A DNA stretch of 64,000 bases. Origin: Candidatus Omnitrophota bacterium (GTDB lineage Bacteria > Omnitrophota > Gorgyraeia > 2-01-FULL-45-10). Made by a program: the position numbers and the translations under genes. Shown piece by piece: positions 9,903-18,531 of this stretch. Numbering within the stretch: the first letter of the stretch is position 1; every line of letters begins with the position of its first letter. The notes beneath the pieces are model-generated. The model worked only from the letters and a program-made list of their open reading frames with translations, had not been told where the DNA came from and did not search any database. The stretch is from NCBI GenBank assembly GCA_041650935.1, contig JBAZKH010000001.1:283337-347336 (forward strand). Reading direction: 5' to 3'.

Positions 9903-11327
9903 ATGAGCATTAAATTCGGAACCGATGGATGGCGGGCGGTTATAAGCGAAGACTTTACTTTCGATAATGTGAAACAGGTGGCGCAGGCGATGGCCGACCA
10001 TATAAAGGCCGATAATGGTCCGGCATCCAGGGCCCGCGATAAGAGGATCGTCATAGGTTATGACACCAGGTTCCTGTCGCCTAAATATGCGGAACTGATG
10101 GCATGCGTGCTGGGCGCAAACGGCATCAAGGTGACGCTTGCAGAAAAAGCGACCCCGACACCGTCGGTAAGTTTTGCTATCAAGAAGAGGGGGCTTATGG
10201 GCGGGATCATGATAACCGCCAGCCACAACCCGGCCAGATATAACGGTATAAAGTATAAGGCTTATTACGGCGGATCCGCAGGGCCGGAGATTACAAAATC
10301 TTTCGAAGGGTTCCTCGGCAAGAGCGGGATAAAATATTCCCCGCTCGATGAATTGAAGCCGGCGGGTACGGTTGTAATCGAGGATATCGTTCCCGAACAC
10401 CTGGCGTTCATCAAAAGTTACGTTAAAGTAAACCTCCTGAAGAAAGCGCGCCTTAAGATACTGGTCGATTCCATGTACGGTACGGGGAACGGGTATATCG
10501 GCGAGCTTTTAAAGGGCGGAGGGTGCAAGGTCGATTTTATCCATGACGAATATAACCCCGGGTTCGGCGGCATAAATCCCGAACCGATATTGCCGAACTT
10601 AAAAGAACTGGCTGAGCGGACGCGTTCCGGAAAGTACGACATAGGGATAGCAACGGATGGCGATGCAGACAGGCTTGGCATCGCCCTGCCGAACGGCAAA
10701 CTCCTTACCGGCCACAAGGTGATGACGCTTCTTTTACTGCACCTTCTGGAAGACAGAAAGATGAAAGGCGGCGTTGTCCAGACGCTCTGCGGGACATTCC
10801 TTATTGATAAGATATGCAAGAAGTACGGGCTGAAGATGTACGAGACGCCGGTGGGTTTCAAGTATATCTGCGAGCTTATGCTTAAAGAGGAGATCCTGAT
10901 AGGCGGAGAGGAGACCGGAGGAGTTGCGTTCAAGAATTCCATACCGGAGAGGGACGGTATACTGTCGGGCCTTCTTATCGCAGAGATGATGGTTATGCGG
11001 AAGAAGCGGATCCTCGACATACTGAAAGCGATAGACAAGGAATACGGTACGTACGAATACAAGAGGCTCGACCTCAAGTATCCCGACGAGAAGAAATCAA
11101 AACTCATGGATATGCTGAAAAATAATCCTCCAAAACATGTCCTTGATAAGAAGGTTGTGGCCGTGAACACTAAAGACGGATACAAATTTATCTGCGAAGA
11201 TTATTCATGGTTGATGTTAAGGCTCTCCGGGACGGAACCGATCCTGCGCGTATACGCGGAGGGTTCAAGCGAGAAGAGGGCTCTTCAGATCCTGGAATAT
11301 GGGAAGGAGCTTGCGTATAGTGTTTAA
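9903..11327 (+). CDS. phosphoglucomutase/phosphomannomutase family protein
   Basis: FGTDGWRA N-terminus and TASHNP phosphoserine motif; AGGAGG Shine-Dalgarno. Confidence 0.85.
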   Translation: MSIKFGTDGWRAVISEDFTFDNVKQVAQAMADHIKADNGPASRARDKRIVIGYDTRFLSPKYAELMACVLGANGIKVTLAEKATPTPSVSFAIKKRGLMGGIMITASHNPARYNGIKYKAYYGGSAGPEITKSFEGFLGKSGIKYSPLDELKPAGTVVIEDIVPEHLAFIKSYVKVNLLKKARLKILVDSMYGTGNGYIGELLKGGGCKVDFIHDEYNPGFGGINPEPILPNLKELAERTRSGKYDIGIATDGDADRLGIALPNGKLLTGHKVMTLLLLHLLEDRKMKGGVVQTLCGTFLIDKICKKYGLKMYETPVGFKYICELMLKEEILIGGEETGGVAFKNSIPERDGILSGLLIAEMMVMRKKRILDILKAIDKEYGTYEYKRLDLKYPDEKKSKLMDMLKNNPPKHVLDKKVVAVNTKDGYKFICEDYSWLMLRLSGTEPILRVYAEGSSEKRALQILEYGKELAYSV

Positions 11328-11346
11328 ATTCGTAATCCGAATATCA

Positions 11347-11401
11347 AAATTCGAAACAAATCCCAAATTCAAATTTCGAAATTCGAATTTGTTTCGGATT
11401 T
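11347..11401. repeat. AT-rich inverted repeat (AAATTCGAAACAAATCC / GAATTTGTTTCGGATTT) in the pgm-lepA intergenic region
   Basis: 15/17-bp inverted arms within a region of AAATTCGAA-type repeats; a related repeat-rich region lies at 31627-31742. Confidence 0.5.
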
Positions 11402-11429
11402 CGGATTTAGAATTTCGAATTTAAAAAGT

Positions 11430-13223
11430 ATGGATAAATTATTAATTCGTAACTTCTCGATAATCGCTCATATAGATCACGGCAAGTCCACTCTTGCCGA
11501 CAGGATACTACAATTTACCGGCGCCATAAGCGATCGGGAATTCCACGACCAGCTGTTGGATGATATGGACCTGGAGCGGGAACGGGGCATTACTATAAAA
11601 GCGAGCGCGGTCAGGATAAATTATAAAGCGCAGGACGGTATCGATTACGAACTTAATCTTATCGATACGCCGGGACACGTCGACTTTACCTATGAGGTTT
11701 CGAAATCTATAGGCGCCTGCGAGGGCGCGCTGCTCGTCGTCGATGCCGCGCAGGGCGTTGAGGCGCAGACGGTTGCGAACCTGTATCTTGCGATGGAGCA
11801 CAACCTGGTGATCATCCCCGTCATAAATAAAATAGACCTCCCGAATGCCCAGATAGATAAGGTCAAGCACGAGATCTCGGATATCCTGGACCTGGAGCGG
11901 GATAATATTTTACTGGCGAGCGCCAAGCAGGGTATAGGCACCCAGGAGATACTGGAGAGTGTCGTTAAACGCATACCTGCCCCCGCCGGAGAGATCACGA
12001 ATCCCTTACAGGCGCTGATCTTCGATTCGCGGTTCGATACATATAAAGGCGTGATCGTGATGGTGAGGCTCATGAGCGGTGCCATACGAAAAGGGATGCG
12101 GATAATGATGATGTCGACCAAAAACGTCCACGAAATCCTTGAAGTAGGCATATTCAACCCGCGTCCGCAGCCCATAAATGAGTTGACCTGCGGCGAGGTA
12201 GGTTATATAACGTGTAACATCCGGGACGCAAAGGGTGTCTCCGTCGGAGATACCGTTACTGATGCGGAAAATCCGGCCGCGACAGCCCTGCCGGGCTACA
12301 AGAAGGTCCAGCCGATGGTCTTCAGCGGCATATATCCGGCCAGCAGCGCCGATTTCCCGGCGCTTAAAGAGGCGGTCGACAAACTGAAATTGTCCGACGC
12401 GTCGTTTATATTCGAACCGGAGAAGTCTGCCTCGCTCGGCATGGGATTCAGGTGCGGGTTCCTGGGCCTTTTACATATGGAGATAGTCGAGGAACGGCTC
12501 GAACGTGAGTTCGACCTGAACCTTGTCGTAACGACGCCCAGCGTTATATACAGGATTATGAAGAAAACGGGAGATATCGTCGAGATAGACAACCCTATGA
12601 AACTGCCGAGCCCTGCCGAGATCGAAGACGTGGAAGAGCCGTACGTGCGGGCTTATATAATTACGCCGAAAGTATCTATAGGCAATATACTCGAACTATC
12701 CGAATCGCGTCGCGGTTCCTATGTGTCGACCGAATATCTCGATGAGGACCGGGCGCAGATAGTCTACGACATCCCGCTCTCCGAGATAATAGTCGATTTT
12801 TATGATAAGATAAAGTCGGTAACAAAAGGCTACGGTTCGCTCGATTACGAACTGCTCGACTACCGTCCGACGACTATAGTAAAGCTCGATATCCTTATTA
12901 ACGGCGAGATATACGACGCCTTCTCTTCGCTTGTTTTTAAAGAAAGGGCATACGCCAAGGGCAAGGCCATTATAGAAAAATTAAAAGAGACCATTCCGCG
13001 GCACCTGTTCCAGATAATATTGCAGGCCGCGATAGGCGGACAGGTCATTGCCCGCGAGACTATAAAATCCGTCGGGAAGAACGTTACCGCGAAGTGCTAC
13101 GGCGGCGACATAACGCGCAAGCGCAAACTTTGGGAGAAGCAGAAAGCGGGCAAAAAACGCATGAAGCAATTTGGCAAGGTCGAGATACCGCAGGAAGCTT
13201 TTTTCGCCGCGCTGAAGGCGTAG
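11430..13223 (+). CDS. lepA: elongation factor 4 (LepA)
   Basis: [21 protein letters not shown]1 motif and full-length EF4 similarity. Confidence 0.95.
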   Translation: MDKLLIRNFSIIAHIDHGKSTLADRILQFTGAISDREFHDQLLDDMDLERERGITIKASAVRINYKAQDGIDYELNLIDTPGHVDFTYEVSKSIGACEGALLVVDAAQGVEAQTVANLYLAMEHNLVIIPVINKIDLPNAQIDKVKHEISDILDLERDNILLASAKQGIGTQEILESVVKRIPAPAGEITNPLQALIFDSRFDTYKGVIVMVRLMSGAIRKGMRIMMMSTKNVHEILEVGIFNPRPQPINELTCGEVGYITCNIRDAKGVSVGDTVTDAENPAATALPGYKKVQPMVFSGIYPASSADFPALKEAVDKLKLSDASFIFEPEKSASLGMGFRCGFLGLLHMEIVEERLEREFDLNLVVTTPSVIYRIMKKTGDIVEIDNPMKLPSPAEIEDVEEPYVRAYIITPKVSIGNILELSESRRGSYVSTEYLDEDRAQIVYDIPLSEIIVDFYDKIKSVTKGYGSLDYELLDYRPTTIVKLDILINGEIYDAFSSLVFKERAYAKGKAIIEKLKETIPRHLFQIILQAAIGGQVIARETIKSVGKNVTAKCYGGDITRKRKLWEKQKAGKKRMKQFGKVEIPQEAFFAALKA

Positions 13224-13284
13224 TCAAACTGAGTTAGCGATTGACGATTATATTGACTAATCGCTCAAATAATAAGGAGTCATA

Positions 13285-13863
13285 ATGAAGGAAGCGACAA
13301 AGCTGGTGATAAAAGAATGGGTTGAGTCTATAGTTATTGCCGTCATACTGGCCCTTATTATAAGGACCTTTGTGGTACAGGCGTTCAAGATACCTTCGGG
13401 ATCGATGATACCGACCTTCCAGATAGGCGACCGGATATTCGTAAACAAGTTCCTTTACGGCGCGAAGATTCCGCTCTTCGATACGAACCTGCCGGCTGTA
13501 AGACAGCCGAAACGCGGCGATATAATTGTCTTCATCTCGCCGGAGGCGCCCAAGAAAGATTTTGTGAAGAGACTCATCGCTGTTGGCGGCGAAAAGGTCC
13601 AGATACAAGACGGGAGAATACTCGTCAACGGCAACGTTGTGGAGGAGCCGTCTTCCATACGTTCGGTATATTACTATAACTCCGGCGATTACGCCAAAGA
13701 GGGCCAGGTCATAGAGGTGCCTAAAGATTCTTATTTTGTACTCGGTGACAACAGCGCCAGCTCCCGCGATTCCAGGTTTTGGGGATTTGTGCCGAAGAAA
13801 AATTTGCTCGGTAAGGTTATCTTTATATATTGGCCGATCTACAGGATGAAAGTTGTGCAGTGA
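13285..13863 (+). CDS. lepB: signal peptidase I
   Basis: SGSMIPT catalytic Ser box, VLGDNSASSRDSR box; AAGGAG Shine-Dalgarno. Confidence 0.9.
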   Translation: MKEATKLVIKEWVESIVIAVILALIIRTFVVQAFKIPSGSMIPTFQIGDRIFVNKFLYGAKIPLFDTNLPAVRQPKRGDIIVFISPEAPKKDFVKRLIAVGGEKVQIQDGRILVNGNVVEEPSSIRSVYYYNSGDYAKEGQVIEVPKDSYFVLGDNSASSRDSRFWGFVPKKNLLGKVIFIYWPIYRMKVVQ

Positions 13864-13887
13864 GTTATGGGGGGGTAGGTGATTAAT

Positions 13888-14460
13888 ATGGTTAAGAAGG
13901 AAGGTTTAAATCTTGCCAATAAGATTACGATTACCAGGATAGTATCCATACCTTTCTTTATTGCCGCGGTTGTATATTCTAAACTTGAGATCGCCCTGGC
14001 CATCTTCATTCTCGCCGTTATCTCCGACGGAGCGGATGGTTTTATCGCCCGGACGCTTAAACAGAAGACCAGGCTTGGCACGATACTTGATCCCGTGGCG
14101 GATAAGCTGCTTCTTATAAGCGCTTATATCTGCCTGTCGCTTGCCGGCAATATTCCTCCTGATTTGAGGCTTCCCCCGTATGTCCCTATAATCGTGATAT
14201 CGAGAGACGCTATAATAGTCCTTGGTTCGATAATAATATATGTCGTAACCGGCGATCTGAAGATTGCGCCAAGCGTCCTAGGTAAATTGACCACTTTCTT
14301 CCAGATGATAACCATAGTGGCCATCCTGCTGCGGTTCGAATATTCGTTCGCGATATGGAACATCGCGGTCTTGTTTACGGTACTTTCCGGCGTCGATTAT
14401 ATATTTAAGGGGAGCAGGTTGTTTGGTGAAAATAATCATTTGCCGAAGAAGGAGGCATAG
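13888..14460 (+). CDS. pgsA: CDP-alcohol phosphatidyltransferase (PgsA-like)
   Basis: DGADGFIAR ... GTILDPVADK motif; ATG 13888 preferred over GTG 13879 because of AGGTGA Shine-Dalgarno. Confidence 0.75.
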   Translation: MVKKEGLNLANKITITRIVSIPFFIAAVVYSKLEIALAIFILAVISDGADGFIARTLKQKTRLGTILDPVADKLLLISAYICLSLAGNIPPDLRLPPYVPIIVISRDAIIVLGSIIIYVVTGDLKIAPSVLGKLTTFFQMITIVAILLRFEYSFAIWNIAVLFTVLSGVDYIFKGSRLFGENNHLPKKEA

Positions 14461-14463
14461 ACC

Positions 14464-15096
14464 ATGATCTTTGTTCCAGCATTTGTCATATCGACCTTCC
14501 TTGCGTACATAATAGGTTCGTTTCCGACGAGTTTCATAATGGCAAGAATGTTAAAAGGCATCGATATCAGGGATGTCGGTTCCGGAAATGCCGGCGCGAC
14601 CAATGTGCTGAGGGCCGTAGGTAAGTTACCGGCGCTTATTACGCTCATCGTCGACATTGCAAAAGGCATACTTGCCGTTACCGTGTTGGCGGACCTGACC
14701 TATCCGTATATCGAGAGCCTTGATTATGATTTTTACAGGTCATTCCTGGGCCTCGTAGCGGTATGCGGCCATATCTGGCCCGTCTGGCTGAAGTTCAAGG
14801 GCGGGAAGGGTGTTGCGACGACGCTCGGAGTGGCGATAGGTCTTGCGCCGCTGGTCCTGTTACCATGCATAGTTATATGGCTCATTATCTTCTTCACGAC
14901 AAATTACGTATCTTTAGCTTCCATAGTAGCGCTTATGGCTTTTCCTGTTTTAGCGATAGCTCTTATCCAGCCATTATACCTTGTGCTGATCAGCGTAGTA
15001 ATATGTTCCATCAGTATCTTTAAACATAAAGAGAATATTAAGCGTCTCCTGAAAGGGCAGGAGAATAAGACGGTGCTGTTTAAAAGTAAAAGTTAG
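14464..15096 (+). CDS. plsY: glycerol-3-phosphate acyltransferase PlsY
   Basis: GSGNAGATNVLR motif; multi-TM. Confidence 0.9.
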   Translation: MIFVPAFVISTFLAYIIGSFPTSFIMARMLKGIDIRDVGSGNAGATNVLRAVGKLPALITLIVDIAKGILAVTVLADLTYPYIESLDYDFYRSFLGLVAVCGHIWPVWLKFKGGKGVATTLGVAIGLAPLVLLPCIVIWLIIFFTTNYVSLASIVALMAFPVLAIALIQPLYLVLISVVICSISIFKHKENIKRLLKGQENKTVLFKSKS

Positions 15097-15128
15097 TATT
15101 TCAAAAAGTAAGGTTTCTGCTATTGACG

Positions 15129-15177
15129 CTTCTCCATGCTTATAGTATACTTTTAAGGTGGAGAAGTATTTTTTTTT
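15129..15177 (+). terminator. rho-independent terminator after plsY
   Basis: Stem CTTCTCCA/TGGAGAAG (15129-15136 / 15159-15166) followed by T9 (15169-15177). Confidence 0.6.
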
Positions 15178-15224
15178 GAACGATAACTAAAAAGTTTTAA
15201 AAAGTTTTTTGAATAGGTGAGCTT

Positions 15225-15596
15225 ATGCGGGAAGTCGTATTCAAGAACCTTACATCATTAAGTTCAAGGAAGAAAGACATCTTCCTAAAAGAAGTCTTCG
15301 AAAAGGACGGGATGATTGCGAAGACTGAGAGGAGATGTTTTTATTATATCAAGGAGATAAAGCATTTGCAGTCGGATGCGGAACTGCAGAAGTGGATAGC
15401 CGATCAGGGCGATGCGTCGAATCTGAATAGACGGCAGTTCCATATAATGAAGGAACATAACGACTCTCACCTGGAGGACAAGATAATCTGCAAGATAGTC
15501 GGCACGTTTTATGCCGTAATAAATCGTAGTGTATATACTATAGGTTTTATGCACTCGTTCAAAGTGCGGTTCGAGAAGGCAAGTTTGGCAAATTAA
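15225..15596 (+). CDS. hypothetical protein (123 aa), AT-rich gene
   Basis: ORF with AGGTGA Shine-Dalgarno 6 nt upstream; no recognisable family; local GC clearly lower than flanks. Confidence 0.4.
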   Translation: MREVVFKNLTSLSSRKKDIFLKEVFEKDGMIAKTERRCFYYIKEIKHLQSDAELQKWIADQGDASNLNRRQFHIMKEHNDSHLEDKIICKIVGTFYAVINRSVYTIGFMHSFKVRFEKASLAN

Positions 15597-15612
15597 AAAA
15601 AGGGGGATAGGT

Positions 15613-15771
15613 ATGCCGTATATAGCGACGCGTAGGCTGCATGGTACCTTCGGAAAGAAGGTGTCGAGATATTTGAGTTACAGGAAGGCGAAGAGGATGT
15701 ACAACGAGATAAACAGGAGCATGATGCTCTTTGAGGCAAGATATCTCAAGTCCAAGATGAGTCACACGTAA
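15613..15771 (+). CDS. small basic hypothetical protein (52 aa)
   Basis: Hand-translated ORF MPYIATRRLHGTFGKKVSRYLSYRKAKRMYNEINRSMMLFEARYLKSKMSHT with strong AGGGGG Shine-Dalgarno 7 nt upstream; not in ORF track (<60 aa). Confidence 0.25.
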   Translation: MPYIATRRLHGTFGKKVSRYLSYRKAKRMYNEINRSMMLFEARYLKSKMSHT

Positions 15772-15790
15772 AGTATTGGTTGGTCAAACA

Positions 15791-15840
15791 AGGGACGCTT
15801 AAGAACAGGGAGGGATCTCAGACCTGAGCGTCCCTCTTTT
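15791..15840 (+). terminator. possible terminator (AGGGACGC ... GCGTCCCT + T5) after the small ORFs
   Basis: 8-bp GC-rich inverted repeat with long (29-nt) loop followed by CTTTTTA. Confidence 0.35.
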
Positions 15841-15842
15841 TA

Positions 15843-15860
15843 TTCCACCCCGGGGTGGAA
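15843..15860. repeat. 18-bp perfect palindrome TTCCACCCCGGGGTGGAA, copy 2 of 3
   Basis: Exact match to 5053-5070 and 52204-52221. Confidence 0.9.
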
Positions 15861-15971
15861 ACAGTGCTCATCTTTCCGGGATAGATTATACTTTTAAAAA
15901 TTGCGCGTCCTAAGCGAACCGCTCACCACAGCACGTTTGACTGATATGAAAAAATTGCCCCCCTATTTAGT

Positions 15972-16000
15972 TTGACATAATATTATTTATTATATATACT
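15972..16000 (+). promoter_or_regulatory. sigma70-like promoter TTGACA-N17-TATACT upstream of ilvE
   Basis: -35 15972-15977, -10 15995-16000; predicts very short or leaderless transcript (ATG at 16011). Confidence 0.45.
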
Positions 16001-16010
16001 TATTAGAATT

Positions 16011-16883
16011 ATGAAGATATATCTTAATGGACGCTTGATTGACAAGGAGAAAGCTTCGATATCGGTCTTCGATCATGGTTTGTTATATGGGGACGGTGTC
16101 TTCGAGGGGATACGCACCTACGATGGGCTGGTCTTCCGGATGAAGGAGCACATAGACCGGCTCTACAAATCCGCCGATGCCATAGAGCTGAAGATCCCGA
16201 TGACTAAACTTGAGATGATCGATGCGGTTATTATGACCCTTAAGGCGAATAAGCTTGCGAATACCTACATAAGGCTCGTAATAACAAGAGGCCCGGGCGA
16301 CCTTGGACTTGATCCCAGGAAATGCTCGAAACCGACCATCTTTATCATAACGGACAAGATTGCGCTCTACCCCAAGGAATTATATAAAAAGGGACTGGAG
16401 ATAATTACCGCCTCTACGAGGCGCAATCATCCGCAAGCGCTCGATCCAAGGATAAAATCACTCAACTATCTTAATAATATCCTCGCGAAGATAGATGCCA
16501 TAAAGGCGGGGACGGGTGAAGCTATTATGCTTACCTATGAAGGATACGTCGCGGAATGCACAGGTGACAATATCTTCATAGTCAAAGGCGGTAAGCTCAT
16601 TACCCCGCCAGTTAATATCGGCGCGCTGGAAGGTATAACGCGGGACGCAGTTATACAGTTGGCAGAACGGACCGGTATTCCTTTCTGCGAAAAATTGCTC
16701 AAGATGGAAGATGTTTACGCCGCTGACGAGGTTTTTCTTACCGGGACTGCGGCTGAAGTCATACCGGTTGTAGTGATAGACAAGAGAAAGATCGGCAACG
16801 CGAAGCCCGGTGATATGACTATACGGATAACCAAAGAGTTCAGAAAGCTTACGCGGACGGATGGTGTAAGATATGACGTGTGA
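16011..16883 (+). CDS. ilvE: branched-chain amino acid aminotransferase (class IV PLP enzyme)
   Basis: Fold-type IV aminotransferase similarity (FDHGLLYGDGVFEGIRTY, EVFLTGTAAEV). Confidence 0.85.
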   Translation: MKIYLNGRLIDKEKASISVFDHGLLYGDGVFEGIRTYDGLVFRMKEHIDRLYKSADAIELKIPMTKLEMIDAVIMTLKANKLANTYIRLVITRGPGDLGLDPRKCSKPTIFIITDKIALYPKELYKKGLEIITASTRRNHPQALDPRIKSLNYLNNILAKIDAIKAGTGEAIMLTYEGYVAECTGDNIFIVKGGKLITPPVNIGALEGITRDAVIQLAERTGIPFCEKLLKMEDVYAADEVFLTGTAAEVIPVVVIDKRKIGNAKPGDMTIRITKEFRKLTRTDGVRYDV

Positions 16884-17367
16884 TATTTGCGGTAAGAAAG
16901 AGGCTACGGTCCATCTCACCGAGATAGTGAACGATAAAGTCACGAAGCTGCATCTCTGTGAAGAATGCGCCAGGGATAAAGGCGCGGAGATGGAGGAGCA
17001 CTTTGGATTGAGCGACCTTTTGGCCGGTCTTGCGGACCTTGGCGCCGGACTCGAGCCGGCAGCAGGTGACAGGATAAAGTGCTCCGTATGCGGATTTACA
17101 TACGGCGATTTTAAAAAGGTCGGCCGCTTCGGATGCGGGGAATGTTACGAATCATTCAAAAAACAGCTTACGCCGCTTTTAAAACGTATACATAGAGCGG
17201 ACAGGCATGTCGGCAAAGTTCCGTTGACAGTCGGCAAGACAGTAAAGGATACGAGGAACCTCCAGGATCTGCGTCTTAAGATGGAGAAGGCTATACAGTT
17301 CGAGGAATTCGAAGAAGCGGCAAGGCTGAGAGACCAGATAAAAGATCTGGAAAAGAAGGACGGGTAA
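16873..17367 (+). CDS. mcsA: McsA-like protein-arginine kinase activator (zinc fingers + UVR motif)
   Basis: CDICGK...CEEC and CSVCGF...CGEC zinc-finger pairs, C-terminal UVR motif FEEAARLRDQI; overlaps the ilvE stop. Confidence 0.75.
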   Translation: MTCDICGKKEATVHLTEIVNDKVTKLHLCEECARDKGAEMEEHFGLSDLLAGLADLGAGLEPAAGDRIKCSVCGFTYGDFKKVGRFGCGECYESFKKQLTPLLKRIHRADRHVGKVPLTVGKTVKDTRNLQDLRLKMEKAIQFEEFEEAARLRDQIKDLEKKDG

Positions 17368-17369
17368 GG

Positions 17370-18416
17370 GTGAAGATAAACGATTTCCTGGAGCAGGATA
17401 CGGAATGGCTCAAAGGGACGGGGCCGAGTGCCAACATAGTCATGTCGTCGCGGACGCGGCTGGCGAGAAATATCGACAAGATGCCGTTTTCGAACTGGGC
17501 CAAGACGAGCCAGCTCGAAGAGGTGCTGGCGATGGTAGAGTCTGCGGTAAAACAGTGTAATTTCCTGAAGGACGCCATCTTCATAAAACTTAAGGACTTG
17601 AACGAAGTCGACAGGGGTTTTCTTGTTGAGCGTCATCTCATGAGCCCCGAACATGCCAAGAATGCGGAGTATAAGGCGCTTATTGTCGATCCGCATGAAA
17701 TAGTCAGTATTATGGTAAACGAAGAGGATCATCTCAGGGTGCAGGTGATGCAATCGGGTCTCAACCTGAGAGAATGCTGGAGGATAATAGATGAGATCGA
17801 CACGGATTTGAGTAAGAACCTGCCCTTTGCCTTTTCGGCAAAATGGGGCTATCTTACCGCGTGTCCCACGAACGCGGGAACAGGGTTGAGGGGTTCGACC
17901 ATGCTCCACCTGCCGGCGCTGGTATTTACCGGTCAGATAGGGAAGATTTTACAGGCGATCGCGAAACTTGGAATGAATGTCAGGGGTCTATACGGTGAAG
18001 GTACCGAGGCTATGGGCAATGTCTTCCAGATATCGAACCAGATATCTATGGGGGTAGCGGAAGAGGATATAATCGACAATATCGAAAGGATTACCAATCA
18101 GCTTATCTCCCGCGAAGATGTTACGAGAAAGATGCTCATGACTAAGAATAAGGAGGGCCTGTTTGACAGGATATCCCGCGCGTATGGGACATTGAGGAGC
18201 GCGCACATAATAAATAGCACAGAGACGGTGGCCCTTCTCTCCGCAATCCGGTTGGGGGTCGACCTCGGGATAATCAAGAATATGGACAGGAGGACCGTTA
18301 ACGAGCTTTTCTTGTTAACGCAGCCCGCCCATCTGCAGAAACTCGAAGGCAAGGCGCTTAACGCGAACGAGAGGGACGTAAAGAGAGCGGAAATAGTCAA
18401 GAAGAGACTCAAGTAA
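17370..18416 (+). CDS. mcsB: protein arginine kinase McsB (ATP:guanido phosphotransferase)
   Basis: CPTNAGTGLR phosphagen-kinase active-site motif. Confidence 0.9.
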   Translation: MKINDFLEQDTEWLKGTGPSANIVMSSRTRLARNIDKMPFSNWAKTSQLEEVLAMVESAVKQCNFLKDAIFIKLKDLNEVDRGFLVERHLMSPEHAKNAEYKALIVDPHEIVSIMVNEEDHLRVQVMQSGLNLRECWRIIDEIDTDLSKNLPFAFSAKWGYLTACPTNAGTGLRGSTMLHLPALVFTGQIGKILQAIAKLGMNVRGLYGEGTEAMGNVFQISNQISMGVAEEDIIDNIERITNQLISREDVTRKMLMTKNKEGLFDRISRAYGTLRSAHIINSTETVALLSAIRLGVDLGIIKNMDRRTVNELFLLTQPAHLQKLEGKALNANERDVKRAEIVKKRLK

Positions 18417-18432
18417 AGTCAGGCTGAGTTTT

Positions 18433-18465
18433 GTTGTGCGTTTATTGTTGAGTGTTGTGCGTTTA
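18433..18465. promoter_or_regulatory. 13-bp direct repeat TGTTGTGCGTTTA x2 (20-bp spacing) upstream of clpC
   Basis: Exact repeats at 18433-18445 and 18453-18465, followed by CAACG x4 motifs; possible operator. Confidence 0.35.
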
Positions 18466-18531
18466 AGGAACGCCCAACTTTCAACGTGCAACGTCCAACG
18501 AACAACGAAATGAATAGTTGGAGGGTTATAG

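Noticed and set aside
13236-13262. Hairpin (AGCGATT ... AATCGCT) after lepA as a terminator
   Set aside because: It has only a 7-bp stem with mismatches and no T-tract. lepB probably reads through from lepA.
15123-15151. TTGACG-N17-TATACT promoter-like sequence after plsY
   Set aside because: It lies almost entirely inside the loop of the plsY terminator hairpin (stem 15129-15136 / 15159-15166 followed by T9). The terminator reading explains the sequence better, though a dual role cannot be excluded.
16873-16883. CtsR operator (GGTCAAANANGGTCAAA) upstream of mcsA
   Set aside because: There is no spacer at all, because mcsA overlaps ilvE, and no CtsR box is visible in the ilvE promoter region or the mcsB-clpC spacer.
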